From assembly GCA_017654855.1 (NCBI GenBank), contig CM030332.1:310001-374000 (forward strand): a stretch of 64,000 bases of DNA, written 5' to 3'. This DNA comes from Podospora anserina. Its lineage: Eukaryota. The notes below the pieces were generated by a model that was not told the origin of the DNA, did no database searches, and worked only from the letters and a program-made list of their open reading frames with translations. Shown one piece after another: positions 46,382 through 60,300 of the stretch (positions within the stretch are counted from its first letter, which is position 1; each line of letters opens with the position of its first letter). The translations under genes were made by a program, and so were the position numbers.

Positions 46382-46496
46382 GGTGCCTTGGGTGTACAAA
46401 TGTTACGGTCTCTAAACTGGAGGAAATGGAAACGGTTGTGGAAGAGCTGAAGGTGAAGTTGACCTGGCTTTTGATGAGCTCAACAGTGAATGTTTT

Positions 46497-47129
46497 TGTT
46501 AATGTGTGGGTACTACTAAGTGCCCTATTTACTGCCCTACAGATTGATATTACAGTGGGCAGTACTGCTATAAGCAGTAATGGAACTTCCCGGCTTTGAT
46601 CCCTTTAGAATATTCTTTACAAGGGACCCTTAAAGGCTTACAGGGCTACTGTGGCCTAAGGCTTAGTCAATGGATACTAGAACCTTCCAAAGTGGCTACA
46701 GGCTTACGTAGTAAGTTGCCACAATAGTGTGATTTACAGGGCACCTCTGCTGCCGAAGGTTCTATGGATTTCCGTGAGTCTACACTAGACCCACCTAAGC
46801 CCACTAAATACCCCAAAGTGGTATAGGGGCTTTCAGGGCCTACAGGACCCACAGTAGGCCTACGAAGGCCCTATATATAGACCTCTCCTCTCTTCTGTAG
46901 AATAGTTCTCTTTCTTTCCTTAAGGGCAAAAGCTTAAGGCTAAGGCCAAAGGCCAAGGCCAAGGGTAATAAAGGCAATTCTTATTCCTTATACCTCACTG
47001 TATTACAGTGATTTACCTTCCTTCGGCACTGCCGTCGTATCCTCCCGCTTCCGCTTGCGCACTGCTGTATTTTACAGCAACCCTGTATAGGTTCTATATT
47101 ATAGGCCTATCAGGGCTTACCAGCTAACA
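46497..47129 (+). repeat. Copia 5' LTR (633 bp)
   Basis: TGTTA...TAACA inverted termini, TATATATAG at ~46872, AATAAA at ~46967, immediately followed by the PBS. Confidence 0.85.
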
Positions 47130-47141
47130 GGTTATGAGCCC
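47130..47141 (+). promoter_or_regulatory. Copia primer-binding site (initiator tRNA-Met half-molecule type)
   Basis: GGTTATGAGCCC directly after the LTR end, as in Drosophila copia and yeast Ty5. Confidence 0.8.
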
Positions 47142-47196
47142 GGGCAACCACCTAGCCCGGAATCTAGCCTACTTGTGCGCTTCCAGTCGACGTACC

Positions 47197-47480
47197 TACA
47201 GCACTGTACTACAGGCTGTACAGCTTTTTACTAAAAAGCCTTTTCCAGTAGAGCTAGCGCTGTACTACAGGCTTTCCCACTGCTGTAATTACAACCTTGG
47301 CCAATACTTTTAGGCTAATTTACAGCACTGTACTATAGGCTGTACGGCTTCTTACTAAGAAGTTTCTTTAGTGGAATTAGTGCTGTACTATAGACTTTCT
47401 ACTATTGTGACTACAACCCTAGGCTAATACCTTTAGGCCAATCGTCGACTTACAGCACTATACTATAGGCTGTACGGCTT
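47197..47480 (+). repeat. ~125-bp tandem repeat (about 2.3 copies) in the Copia leader
   Basis: TACAGCACTGTACTAYAGGCTGTAC recurs at 47197, 47321 and 47451, with similar downstream sequence. Confidence 0.85.
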
Positions 47481-48810
47481 CCGAGAAGCCTACTTATTAA
47501 CCTATACGGTTATTTCCACTAAGTCCTCGCCTTTACTATAGCTAACCAGCCTATGGATCAAGACTATTTAGGTATTATAGAGGCTACTAGCCTTATAGTA
47601 TAGGCCTTATAGGCCCGTATCGATACTATTAAGGACAGGCTTCGGCAGGTTATATTACTGCTTAAAGCTCAGGCTACTAAACAGCTAGTAGCTATACCGG
47701 CCACCTACACTACCGAGCCTCCCGTGGCTCCAGCTGCTTCAGTACCTTCAGCACCTATTATAGAGCCTTTTATAGCGACCTTTAGTATACTTACTATAAA
47801 AGAGCTCGCTAAATAGTCCCTAAACCTCGCTAAACAATAGCGCCTTTTAGGACCCGATAATTACTAATAGTGGCACCAAGCCATTTCCATATAATTTAGG
47901 GCCCTTAGAATACCTAAATTTCTAGAAAATCCTAATTCGGTAAACGCCCGACTTTCCGACCTACAGAAGGCAGCCCTACTATTAACCCTTAGAAATATAC
48001 TAAAGGAAGGCCCGTTATCTACTATAGCCTTCGAAACCGACCCCGTTGTGGCCTATAAGCGCCTTCGCTCACAGTACGCTCCGGCGCAGCTTACCCTCCG
48101 AAACGAGCTATATAAGGCCTACTACTACTTGCAGTTCGATAGGTCTATACCTATCGTAGATTTTAACGCCTAATTTAATACCTATATAAGTAAGCTCGGG
48201 GCCTTAGGCGTTAAAATAGCCTAAATCGACTAACTAAATTACTATTTTAACGTACTAGAAAACTATTTTCCACAGTGGGCCGAGCGCTATAAAGGCCTAC
48301 TTCGGCAAGAGCAATAGCTTTACCATACAAAAGGCAAGCCTACTAGGCTAAGCCTTTTGTATTTCCAGGAAGACTTTTTAGCCGAAACCCCTAATTCGGC
48401 TACTTCTACTGCCCACCATTTACAGGCCCTACAGGCTACCTATAAGCCTGTTAGTAACGAAAAGAAGCCTAACTTTTAGGCTTCTTAAGCTTACCGGTCC
48501 TCACCAAATAAAGACTAAAAGCCCTATAAAAAACAGGGCAATAAGCAGTGGAAGAAAGGCCTAAAAAAAGACGACCGCTGTACCGACCGCTGTAACGACC
48601 GCTGTAACGGCCGCAAAAACGGCCGTAAGGATAGTCGCAAAGACAACCGTAAGGACTAAAAGGACCTACCCGCTACCGAGGCCTTTACTATAGGCTACGA
48701 CTTTAACTTAAGCACTATATTTAGAAGTAATATAACTGAAAAATATAGCGACCTAGGGCCTGATCCTCCCGAAGAACTGCCTAAATTTAGCCACTTAACC
48801 GCTACACCAC

Positions 48811-49173
48811 TGAAATGGTGAGAAAATACATAAAACAACCACAACACCACAAATATACCCTCAACAGGTCTCAGAATAAACATACCTGCGTGACAGTAAC
48901 TCGCTCGCAGGCCGCACTTCACGTAGGACAAAGAAAAGACACTATGGGCTCGCAGGCCACATAATAAGCACCGGATTGGCCTGATCAGAGGGCCAGAATT
49001 GCCTGCACGCGTGCAAGGCACAAAATACGAAGAAAAGAATAAAAGTCGATGTCCTGTCTAAAATAGAATGTCCGAAGCAGACCGCTTATATATATAACCC
49101 CTGAACCCCTGAGTCCTCTGAGAGCCCCGCTTCCTTACTTATACTCTCAGGCCTGTGGCCGCACCCTAAACCA
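48811..49173 (-). mobile_element. Solo Gypsy LTR (363 bp) inserted antisense into the Copia element
   Basis: Reverse complement of the LTRs at 51020, 62510 and 63516; TG...CA termini; 4-bp TSD CCAC/CTAC differing by one RIP-type change. Confidence 0.93.
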
Positions 49174-49665
49174 CTACGTACCTAGTGGCTCTTCGATACA
49201 GGCTCTACAGTGCATATTTGCAATAATAAAGCTTTATTTACTAACTTATAGTTCTTTTCTTCCTTGGGCTATATTGGTATAGGCGGTGGCCTAGTTAAGC
49301 CGCAAAGTAAAGGCACTGTAGAAGTTGAATTCTTTAGTGGTTTTGAGGGCAAAAAAGCGGTATATACTACTGTAGCCCTCAAGGAGACCCTCTATATTCC
49401 AGACTTTCCACTGAATATAGTTAGTGGTTACAGGCTCTACGTTTCCGGTAGGACCCTTTTTAAGGACCGCTTATATTCGGCTTCTAGGAAGCTACTGGCC
49501 CTCCTTAACTTTAAGAAAAATAGGTTCTTTTTTACTACCAAAACTATAGTTCCAGCTAAAATAGAGCATTTAACGCCATAAGCATACGGCTCTATTTAGT
49601 GCTACAGCACTGAAGATAGCGATTTAGACCCTAAACCAACCACCATTACGCCTAAATTTCCAGCT

Positions 49666-49893
49666 ACCACAGCGCCTACTACAGCGCTTACTACAGTGCC
49701 TACTATAGCGCCTACTATAGTACCTACTATAGCGCCTACCACAGCGCTTACCACAGCGCCTACCACAGTGCCTACTATAGCGCTTACTATAGTGCCTACT
49801 ACAGCGCCTACCACAGCGCCTACCACAGTGCTTACCACAGCGCCTACCATAGCGCTTACCACAGCGCCTACCACAGCGCCTATCACAGCGCCT
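49666..49893 (+). repeat. 12-bp minisatellite (ACCACAGCGCCT, ~19 copies) inside Copia pol
   Basis: Read directly; encodes (TTAP)n; bracketed by direct repeat CCTAAACCAACYACCATTACG at 49630 and 49891. Confidence 0.93.
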
Positions 49894-51019
49894 AAACCAA
49901 CTACCATTACGGCGCCTACCCCTCGCCGTACAGGGCATTCGCCCTACCAACGTAACTAAGCGTTAATTTAGGCTGCAAGACTCTAGCACGTTCGATTAGG
50001 CCATATAGGCCTAGATCTTCTGAAGAAAACTGCCCTAATTACTAAGGGCATACCTAATTTATAGAAGGTACAGCCTATAGATCTAACCTGTAAGAGCTGT
50101 GACGCAGCTAAATTACTGCGTAAACCCTCTAAAAGGCCTGTAACGGACCCACCGTATACGCTGAGTCGAATAGAAGGGGATATATTTGTGATTCGACCCA
50201 CCCCACTGAACAGCAGGCCTTACGGGCTTATTTTAGTGGACCATAAGACCCGGTACAGGCTTGTTAGGCTTCTAAAAACTAAGGACGAAGTCGCTACAGA
50301 GGCTCGCTCCGCTATAGAGAGCCTATACAATACTTATAAGCGGTACCCGGCACAATTTCACTACGACGGGGGCAAGGAAATTCGAAGGCTATTGCCTTAC
50401 CTTACTAAAAAAGGTATAACCTTTAGTGAGTTTAGCCTATACGCCCACCACTAAAACGGCCTAGCCGAGCGCTCTATTCGGGTAATTTTAGAGCGTCTAC
50501 GGGCTACTATAGTAGCCTCTGGCCTACTACTTACCCTCTAGTGCTACGTAATTGGCTCTATTGTGGATATTATTAACCGTATAGCTACTTTCACTAAGGA
50601 ATTTACGCCCCACTAGTTATTTCTTAACGAATTAGTGCCCTTATAGGCCCCTCACGTCCCTGACCTCGGACCTTACAGAGCTATAGGCGCTAAAGTTCTA
50701 GTACTTACACCGCCTAAAAAACGTATTACCGTAAGGAAGCTAGAGCCTAAAGCTACTAAAGGCAAGCTTCTAGCCGTACTAGGTAATAACATTTACTTAG
50801 TGTAGCTAGGCCACTAGCAAGTAATTTAAACGCCATTCGTTAAACTATACGAAGATTATAGGCCTTATTTAGAAAGACCTATAGCCTCCACATCGCAACT
50901 AAGGCTTTTAAAACTAAAAGATATCGAGCCTTTAGAAGGGGAACCCCCTATAATTACAGAAGGGGCACCTACTGCAACAGCACCTCCAAAGCCTACTAAT
51001 ATCGAAGTATAATTTCTAC

Positions 51020-51382
51020 TGGTTTGGGGTGCGGCTATAGGCCTGAGAGTATGAGTAAGGAAGCGGGGCTCTTAGAGGACTTAGGGGTTTAGGGGTTATA
51101 TATATAAGCGGTCTGCTTCGGACATTTTATTTTAAATAGGATATCGACTTTCATTCTTTTCTTTGTATTTTATGCTTTATACGCGTGTAGGTAATTTTGG
51201 CCCTCTGATTAGGCTAATCCGGTGCTTATTATGTGGCCTGCAAGCTTATAGTGTCTTTTTTTTGTTTTACGTAAAGTGCGGCCTGCGAGCGAGTTACTGT
51301 TACGTAAGTATATTTATTCTGAGACCTATTAAGGGTATATTTATAATATTGTGGTTATTTTATATGTTTTTTTATTATTTTA
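51020..51382 (+). repeat. Gypsy 5' LTR
   Basis: TGGTTTGGGGTGCGG...; aligns by eye with the other three copies. Confidence 0.92.
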
Positions 51383-54300
51383 AATGGAGGTCGTGCTTAG
51401 GTTAAATAAAGTTTAAAGTCTAAATTAGATTTATAAGCCCTAAGTATTAAAGGAAGTACGAAACTACGAATAATAATAAATATTAATAATTTTATTAAAC
51501 CCCGCGAAGTTTAATAAAAATAATTTTTCTTTATTTAATCGGATAAAGCTCTTTTATTATCGATTAAACTTTAAACTTTTTACCCGCGAATAGAGAGTTA
51601 AGTATATAGTCCGGATAGGACCGAAAAATAAATTAAAAGTATTAATTAAAATTAATTCGTTAGTGGACCTTATTTCCGTATTAATTATTAAAGTCCTCTC
51701 TTATTTTTAATTAAGAGGAATCCTTTTAATATATTATTTAGTAATAATAAATAATTATAGGGATTTCCGGATTAATTTAATTTAAAATATTAGGAACCTA
51801 AAAGTAAAGAAACGAAGATACTTTCCTTTTAATCTAAATAAATATAATTTATATTTATATATTAAAATTATAAAAAATAATTATTTTTATATTTTTAATA
51901 ATATATATAAAGAAAAAATTATATTATTAATATAAATATAATAATAATTATCGAGTATCGATATATTTAATAATATTTTACCTATCGTTTCGGCTAACTT
52001 TTCCGGCGATAATTAAAGGTATTAAGCTCCTACGATTCGTTCCGTAGTAAAGATAATTATTCCGGCGATTAAATCTCCGGAATTATTATTATTCGTCCTT
52101 TCCCCGGCTACGAACCGCACTTACTTTAAAAATATTAAAACCCTTCGCCCCTTTTTTAATTAAAATAGCCCGACTATAAAACTTAATGCTTTTAATATAT
52201 TAAATAAACTTCGTACTTACTTAAATCTTATTATTTAAAATTATATTACGCCTCTTACTCGATTAATAAAATATCCCGTTCCTTTTCCGAAATTCGTATA
52301 TTAATTTTAATAACCCGGATACCTATATCCTATAGGAACTTACCCCGATTATCGCTACTTTTAAAAGTCCCCTACGTTTAATTATTTAACCCCTTATCCT
52401 ATAGTACTTATATATTTTCTTTAACGTAAATTCCTTAATTTAAAGAAAATCGGTTTTAAAAATAATTTTAAAAGGAAGTACTTTACGGAATATTTAAAGT
52501 ATTTTAAAAATATTTATAAAAAATATTATATTATAAAATTTATTTTTTATATTTATAAATTTAAATTTTAATATAACTTTAATATAGAAAAATAAATTAA
52601 TAAATATATAGACTTACTTATACCTACCGATATTTAGCTTATCCTAATTATCCGCCTTAAACGTTTCTTTAAAATTTATAATCCCTAATAAAATAAAAAT
52701 ATTTATAAAAAGTTAAATAATTTTTATATTAAAATTATTTTTAAAAATATAAATAAATTAAAGAAAATTATTTTTAATTATTTTAAATTATTTTTTTAAA
52801 TATTGACCGGGGAAAAAAAAGTAATAAAAATGAAGGTTACTAATTACTTTTAAATAAAATTCTCCGAATTAATAAAAATAATTTTTATTAACTAAAGAAG
52901 ATTTAAATATTATTTAAAATCTATAAATTTTATTATTTAAAGCGATTAAATTAATAATATAATCGAAAATAAATATAATATAAAAAAAAAATTTATAAAG
53001 AAAATAAATTAATTATTATACCCTCCCCTACTACCTTTAATTAAATAGCCGAAATACTTAATTAATATATAGCGATTAACGCTATAATAAATAAAAAAAT
53101 AGTATTATAATATTTAAAGGTAAATATTTATAGTAGTTTCTTTATACCGGAAAACGGTAAATTTAAAATAATAAAGATTTATATTTAATATTTATAAAAC
53201 TAAGTACTTTATTCTTTAAATTTTAATATTAGCCCTAATAGGGAAATAGATTTATTTTTTAATATTTTTTTTATTATTAATATTAAAATTTAGTTCGGAA
53301 AATTAAAGGGGTAGTACCGCGATAGTCCTTCTTTATTAAAAAAATATTTTTAATATAATAAACCTAATTATTATATTAAATTAACGGAATATTTAAAAAA
53401 AAAATATAATAAAGTATAAAGATTATATTATATTAAAGAAAGTAAAATATATATTAATAAAAAGGAATAGCCGGAAAGTAAAAAAATATAATTTAATTAA
53501 AAAGATATAAAAAAAGTATAATATAAAAGGAAAGTTAATAATTTAATTTATATTATAATTTCGTTAAAACTAAAATTAAATAGGGCTTATAAAGCTTATA
53601 CGAAATAAGTTAAATATTAAGAAATTTATAAGGGTAAAGGATATAGGCCCGAAGTTTTTTTAATTAAAGAAAGGGAATAAATAATTATTTAAATAGTTAA
53701 GGCTATAAATATTAAATTAAATAAATTTTATAAATATTTTAAACTTTATATACCGTTTAACGAAAATCTAATTAATAATTATATTATTAAAAATATTTTA
53801 TAACGTTACTTAATAAAGAAATAATCGTTTAAAAGTATTTTAAAGCGTTCCGATAATACCTTAATAATTATTTATAATTAAAAGGTAAAAGTAAAAGTAA
53901 ACGCGTAAGGAACGAAAAAAATATAAATTAAAGATTTATTAAAAGAAGATATAAATAACCTAACTTTAGCCGAAAATCCGAAAATAATATTTATTCCTAC
54001 GTAAAAGAAGCTAAAGGTAATTAAAGAGGGAGTTTCGTTCGATTAGGGGGATAGAGTCCGGAGTGATTTAAAGTTATTTAATAGTAAGGTAAAGGATTTT
54101 AAGGATTATATTACCGAAAAAATTAAAAAGTATATTTATAATTAAATTAAATTTATATTAAAAAAATATTATAGGGTTTTATTTATATTTATTTATTAAT
54201 TAATAAATTATATAAAGAGTATAGCCGAAAATATTAAGGTAATCGAATAATATAAATCTTTTAAAAGTACCCCGGATAAAAAAAAAAAGTTTTATAGAAG

Positions 54301-57300
54301 GGGGAGGCTTTACCGTTAACGGTTTAAATAAATTTTTAAACGGTTAAATATAATAAAATTCTTCCGTTTAATTAAAGGAAAATTATTTTTATTTTATATA
54401 GAATTACGGCGAATAATAAATATAGTATAATCGAGGGAAATATTTAAAAACAAATTATTAAAAATAAAATTTAATTAAATAATAATTTAGAAAAGCGATT
54501 ACGGATTTTACTATTTATACCTATTAACCGACTTTCCGGTAATAAATAAACTTTTTTAGGAGCCGTTATTGGAACTTATAACGTTTTATTATTATATTAT
54601 AACTTTATTTTATTAACTTTAAAAAAAATATTAATAATATTAAATTTAAACTCGGAGTATAATTTAATTAATAAAGCTATAATTAAAAGGTTTTATTTAC
54701 CGATAGTATCGACGAACCTATAGTTTAAAGGCTTTTATAGAAATCCGGTTACGTTTATAAATAAAATTTAGGCTTTAATAGTATTAATTAGGGTTCTAAT
54801 TTTATATTATTTCTTTATTATTAATAATATTAAAGTTTTAAATTTCTATAATTTACTATTAAATATCTTATTTTTTATAAATATAAACTTTATTTTTAAT
54901 TTTATAAAAAGTTATATAATTAACGTAAATATATTATATAAAAGAAAATTAATTAAAGTTTATATAATAAAAAAGGAGGTAATTAATAAAATAAAAGCGG
55001 AATATAACGATAAGGATTAAAATAATACTTTTTTTATTAATTAATTTTTATAAGTATTTAAAGGATTAATTAATAAAGGAATACCTATCTTTAAATAAAT
55101 AATGGAGGAGTTAGAGGAAAGAAATAAAGTAATTAAAAGATTAAATAAAGGAGCTAAACGTTTTTTATTTAATTTTATTTTAAAGGAATTAAATTTATTA
55201 TTATTAAATTATTATTTAGCGTTTAATATTATTTTTTATAAAAATAAAGAAAAGGGGGATATTAAGAGTAAAGGAAAAAAAAATATTAATAATTAAAGGG
55301 AAGGAAAGAAGGGAAGTATAAAGAATTATTAAAAAAAAAGTTTTTATTTTAGTTTAAAAGAATAGAAATTATAATAAAAATTTTAATTTCGAACGAAATT
55401 TTAAAGAAAGAATAATCGTTATTACCGACCTTTATAATAGGTTTATATTTAATATTATCGCTACTATTATTAAAAATATTACCGCGGTTTAATTAAAAAA
55501 TTAATAAAATAACTTTATTTAAGCCCGATATAATATCTTTATATTTAAAAATATTTAATTAATCCCTTATTTAATTAAATTAATATAACCTCTTTACTAT
55601 ATAATTATATAAACGTTATTTACTTTCGTTTTTTTTTAAAAAAAAAATAATATAAAAATTAACTTAATTATTATTTTTAAATAAATTTAATTAATATTTA
55701 TAAATATTATTATTATTATTATAATATATAAAAAAGTAAATAAAAAAGTAAAGCCGGTTAATAATATTAAATTAAATAATAATATTTTTAAAAGAAATCC
55801 GAACTAAAAAGTAAAGAAATAAGTAATAATTAAAAAATCTTTATAATATAGTTTAGAATTTAATAATATTATAGTCCTTAAGTTTTTTAAAATAATTAAA
55901 GGGTTACGCTTTACTTTAAAATATTTAATTAATTTAATTAAATAAATTATTAATATTTTAATAAATTAAAAAGTTAAAGTATTTATAATAATTTTATTCG
56001 TAAAAGAAATTATATTAATATAGGACTTTACTAAATATAGATAAATCCTTAAAAAAGTTTTTTCTATTTAATATATTAGGACTATTTTTTATAAAGCGTA
56101 ATAAAGTAAGTTTATTTCGATCCCGAAACTATTCGTAAAAAAAGTTATTAATTTCCTTAAGAAATAAATTAAAAAAAATATTATTAAGGAAGTATATAGT
56201 CCTTACCGTAATAATTAATTTTTAATAAAAAAAAAATAATAACCTTCGTTTAATTAACGATATTTAAAAATATAATAAAATTATATAACGAAATACTTTT
56301 ATTTTATTAAATATTAAAGAATTTAGTAAAAACTTTATAAAGTACTTTATTATTTCCTTATTTAACTTCTTTTTTAAATATAATTAAATTAAATTAATTC
56401 TAACGAACCGAAACTTTATTACTTTCGTAATACTTATCGGCCTATTTAAGATATATACCCTACCTTAAAGAGTTATTAATTTAGTAATTTAATTTTAAAA
56501 AATTATAATTAAAGTTTTTTAAGATTTTATTCTATAGGTATATCGGTTATATTTAAACGATATTATAATAAAAAGGCTAAAGTAAGACTATAATAATAAA
56601 AAAGAAAAACTAAAAATTAAAAAGTAAATTCTAAAGTATTTAAAGAATATTAATATAATTTTATTTAACTATAAGCTTATAAAAACTATAATTATAATCG
56701 TAAAATTCCTTTAGTATAAATAGGAAACTATTATCCTTAATTATTCGTATATACCGGACGGACGCCTCCTTAATTAAATAAAGATAATAAAGATAAAGGA
56801 ATAGCGAATTTATTATAATTTTAAAGATATTCGCGCCTTTTTAGGGATTACCGGTTACTATTAGCTATAAATACTTCTCTTTAATTTAATTATAATTCCG
56901 TTATATTTTTTAATAAAAAAAGATACAAAATAAAAATAAATAGAAGTTTAATAAGGTATAATAAAGTAATTTACTTTTTTAATTATAAAAGTATTATATT
57001 TAATTTCTTTAACGTTTAATAATAACCGTTTCGGTAAAATCTTTATTATTTTTAATATAAATTTAACGGAGTAAAGAACGGTAATTAAATAAATAAAATT
57101 TAATAGAAAACGGTACCTTTATTAGTTTAAAAATAATATTTAAAGCCCGGTTAAATAAAAGTATAATATTATTAAGAGGGAATTAAAAGGACTAGTATAT
57201 ACTTTAAAAAGATTTAAAAAGTATTTTTTCGGGGTATATTTTACGGTAAAAACGGACGCTTAAGTAGTAGTTTATTAAGTTTAGGGGGCGGTTAGTAACG

Positions 57301-60300
57301 TTCCCGGCGCTTTAATAATAAAATAATTAAAATAAATTAAACTTTTTAATTTTATAATTATTTATATTTTTAAAAATAAAAACTTTATAGTAAACGTATT
57401 ATCGAAAAAACTATTTAACCCCTTTAATCTAAAAGAGAAAGAATTAAAGTTAAATATTAATAATAAAGTTAATGTAAGGATTTAAAAAAACGATATTTAA
57501 AAAATAAATATTTAGCGAGTAAATATTAAAAAAAAGAAAAAGGAAGTTATTAAGTAAAGCCCTTACTTAAATAGATTATAGTTTCCTTATTCCTATACTA
57601 TCGCCGAGTTCCTTATAATTAATACGGAATTAAAAACTAAAATAAAGTTTAACGTTTAAATTATTAAAAATAATACTTTAAAAATAATTTTTAAAAACGG
57701 AGTTTTATTTTTTAAATTAAATAAAGGAGGCTTTCCCTTTAAAAAAATTATTAATTTTCTAATCGAGCGGAAAAAAGTTTTTAATATATATTATAACGAA
57801 ATAAATTATAAAGGACGGGAAATTATTTATATTCGAATAGTAAAAAACTATTATTAAAAAGGTATATACGTTAACGTTAAGGTTTAAATTAAAATATATA
57901 AATAATATTAATAATAAAGCCCGAAGCGTTAGGAGGATTAATATTTATATATTAAACCTTTAATTACTTTATTTATAAAATAGTATTTAAATATTTAATT
58001 TTTATTAACGGTTTCGGGAAAAAAAATTTACTTTTTAAAAGTAAAGGATAATTTAATTAAGTATTTAAAAATAAAGGTTTTAAATTTAAATAAAACTTTT
58101 AGGGTTAAAAACTTTATTTTATATAATATTATCCTTAAATAAGGTTATTTTTTAATTATAGTAATAAACGGCGGATTAGAATTTAAAAAGGAAATTACTA
58201 AAATTTTAAAAATACTAAGAGTTTTTCGGGTAGTAATTTTATTTTATAACGTAAGAATAAATAAAGTAATAGAGTTTAATTATATCCTAATTATATCGAT
58301 ATTAATAAAAATAACGAATAGGACGGAGAAAAAATAAAAGTAATAGCTCCTTTATATATTATTTATTAATAAAATTATAATATAAAATATTTATAAATAT
58401 AATACTTTTTATTTAATATATAAGTTTAACTTTATTACGCCGATCGAAAAGGACGTACCGTTATAGAAAGTTATTTAATAAAAAAAGATTAGTTTCGATA
58501 GATTAAGGAAATATTAAAAGAAGAGAGCGATTATAGATTTAATAAAAGTAAAAACGAAATTATTAAAATCCTAGGAAATAAATCTAACTTTAATAATTAA
58601 GAAAGTTAATATAGTAAGACGGAAAACCGCGGTAAAAAAAAATAAAAAAAAGATTCGTAGTATTAAGCCTAAAAATAATATAATTAAAAGGGGAGACTTA
58701 ATATTAATATATAAAATAAATAAAAGATTAAATATAAATATAGTAAGGAAATTATAGTATTACTAAGACAGCCTTTTTAAAGTAAAGAAGGTTAAACTAA
58801 ATAATATTTATTATTTCTTAAAAATATTAAATAAAGTATTATTATAAATTTTTTATACGTTAAATAAAGTAAAAAAGTTTTTTAAGTTAAAAAATATATA
58901 TATAAATAAAAAGGATATAGATATATAGTTAAGATTAAAGAAAGTTAAATAAGTATTTAAGAATAAAGTAAAGGAAAGTATAAATATAATAGAAAATAAA
59001 AAAAAAAAAAATTAATAAAAAAAATATTAAGGAGAATAATAATTAGGGGGAAGATTTAGATAGAACGGAAGAATATTAAGGTATAAAAGAAATTTAAGAA
59101 GGGTAAAAGTATAAAGGTAGTTTTGAAAAAGGGTAAATTAAAGGATTTTTTAGGTAATTAAAGGGAAATAATAATAAAAGCGTTATAGTTATTATTTTTT
59201 TTAAAAAAAATATTAAAGTTTATATTATAAGAATAGAGCTATAAAAGCTATTTATTTTTAAAAAAAAGAAAAATATTAAAGGAAATAATTAATTAAAGTA
59301 AAAATTATTATATTAAATTTTTAAATTTTTTTTTTTTTTTATTATTTTTTTTTTTAATTTATTCCTTTTTTTATACCCCTTCCTTTAATTTAAAGAAATA
59401 AAAAATTATTCTTTTTTTTTTTTTTTTCTTTCTTTTTATTTATTTATTATTTTCTAAACTCTTTATATTTAGCCTATTATTTTTTTTATTCTTAGTCCCA
59501 ATCGACTTCTTTACTATTAAAAATTAAATTTATAGTATTATAATTTAACTTTAATAATTTATTATTATTAAAATTCTTAAAGTAAAGGCTATCCTTATTA
59601 ATATTAAACTATAAATAATAAATACCTTTATATTAATAATTTTTATATTTCTAATTAAAATTCTTTTTTTTTATATAACCGAAGTATAATTATATTACTT
59701 TAATTTTAGTTCTATCGGGGAACGTTACGAAAGACCGGCAATAATTTTAATTATATTTATTATATAAATTAATATAACTAAATTTAATATATTAATTTTA
59801 AACTAAATTTAATTAAGGGAATAATATTTATAATAATCCGGTAGCTTAAATAAATAAATTTTTAAAACGATAAACCCGTTTAACGATTTTAAAAAACTAA
59901 TGTCCGAAAAACTATTTATTAAACCGTTTAACGAAAATCCGTTTAATAGAACTAATTAATAACGCCTTAAAAATATAATTAATAATAATTTTATTTATAC
60001 TAATATTTTTAAAAAATAATTATTACTCTTTCTTACCCCCCTTTTTTATTAAATTAAGGAGGAACCTTTTAAAGTAAAGAGGAATAATTATATATTTAGG
60101 ATTTAAAAAAGAAATTTTAAAGTATTAAAAAATAATTTAATAAGGGAAAAAAATATTATAATAAATATTAATACCTTTAAATATAATAAAGTTGTAAACG
60201 TAAGTAAAACGCCGAATTTAAATGTATTTTTTATAAATAACGTTTTAATTATTAAGAATATAAGTAAGGTTAGTAAGATAATAAATAAGGGTAATAAATA

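Noticed and set aside
7000-46400. Spok meiotic-drive gene, Starship captain, HeLo/HET effector or HET-s-type amyloid motif
   Set aside because: Looked for because of the likely host, but no matching motifs were recognised.
49602-49959. ORFs with VGAV, CGRR or TTAP repeats as independent genes or a CRISPR-like array
   Set aside because: Products of a 12-bp minisatellite inside Copia pol; no spacers, eukaryotic context.
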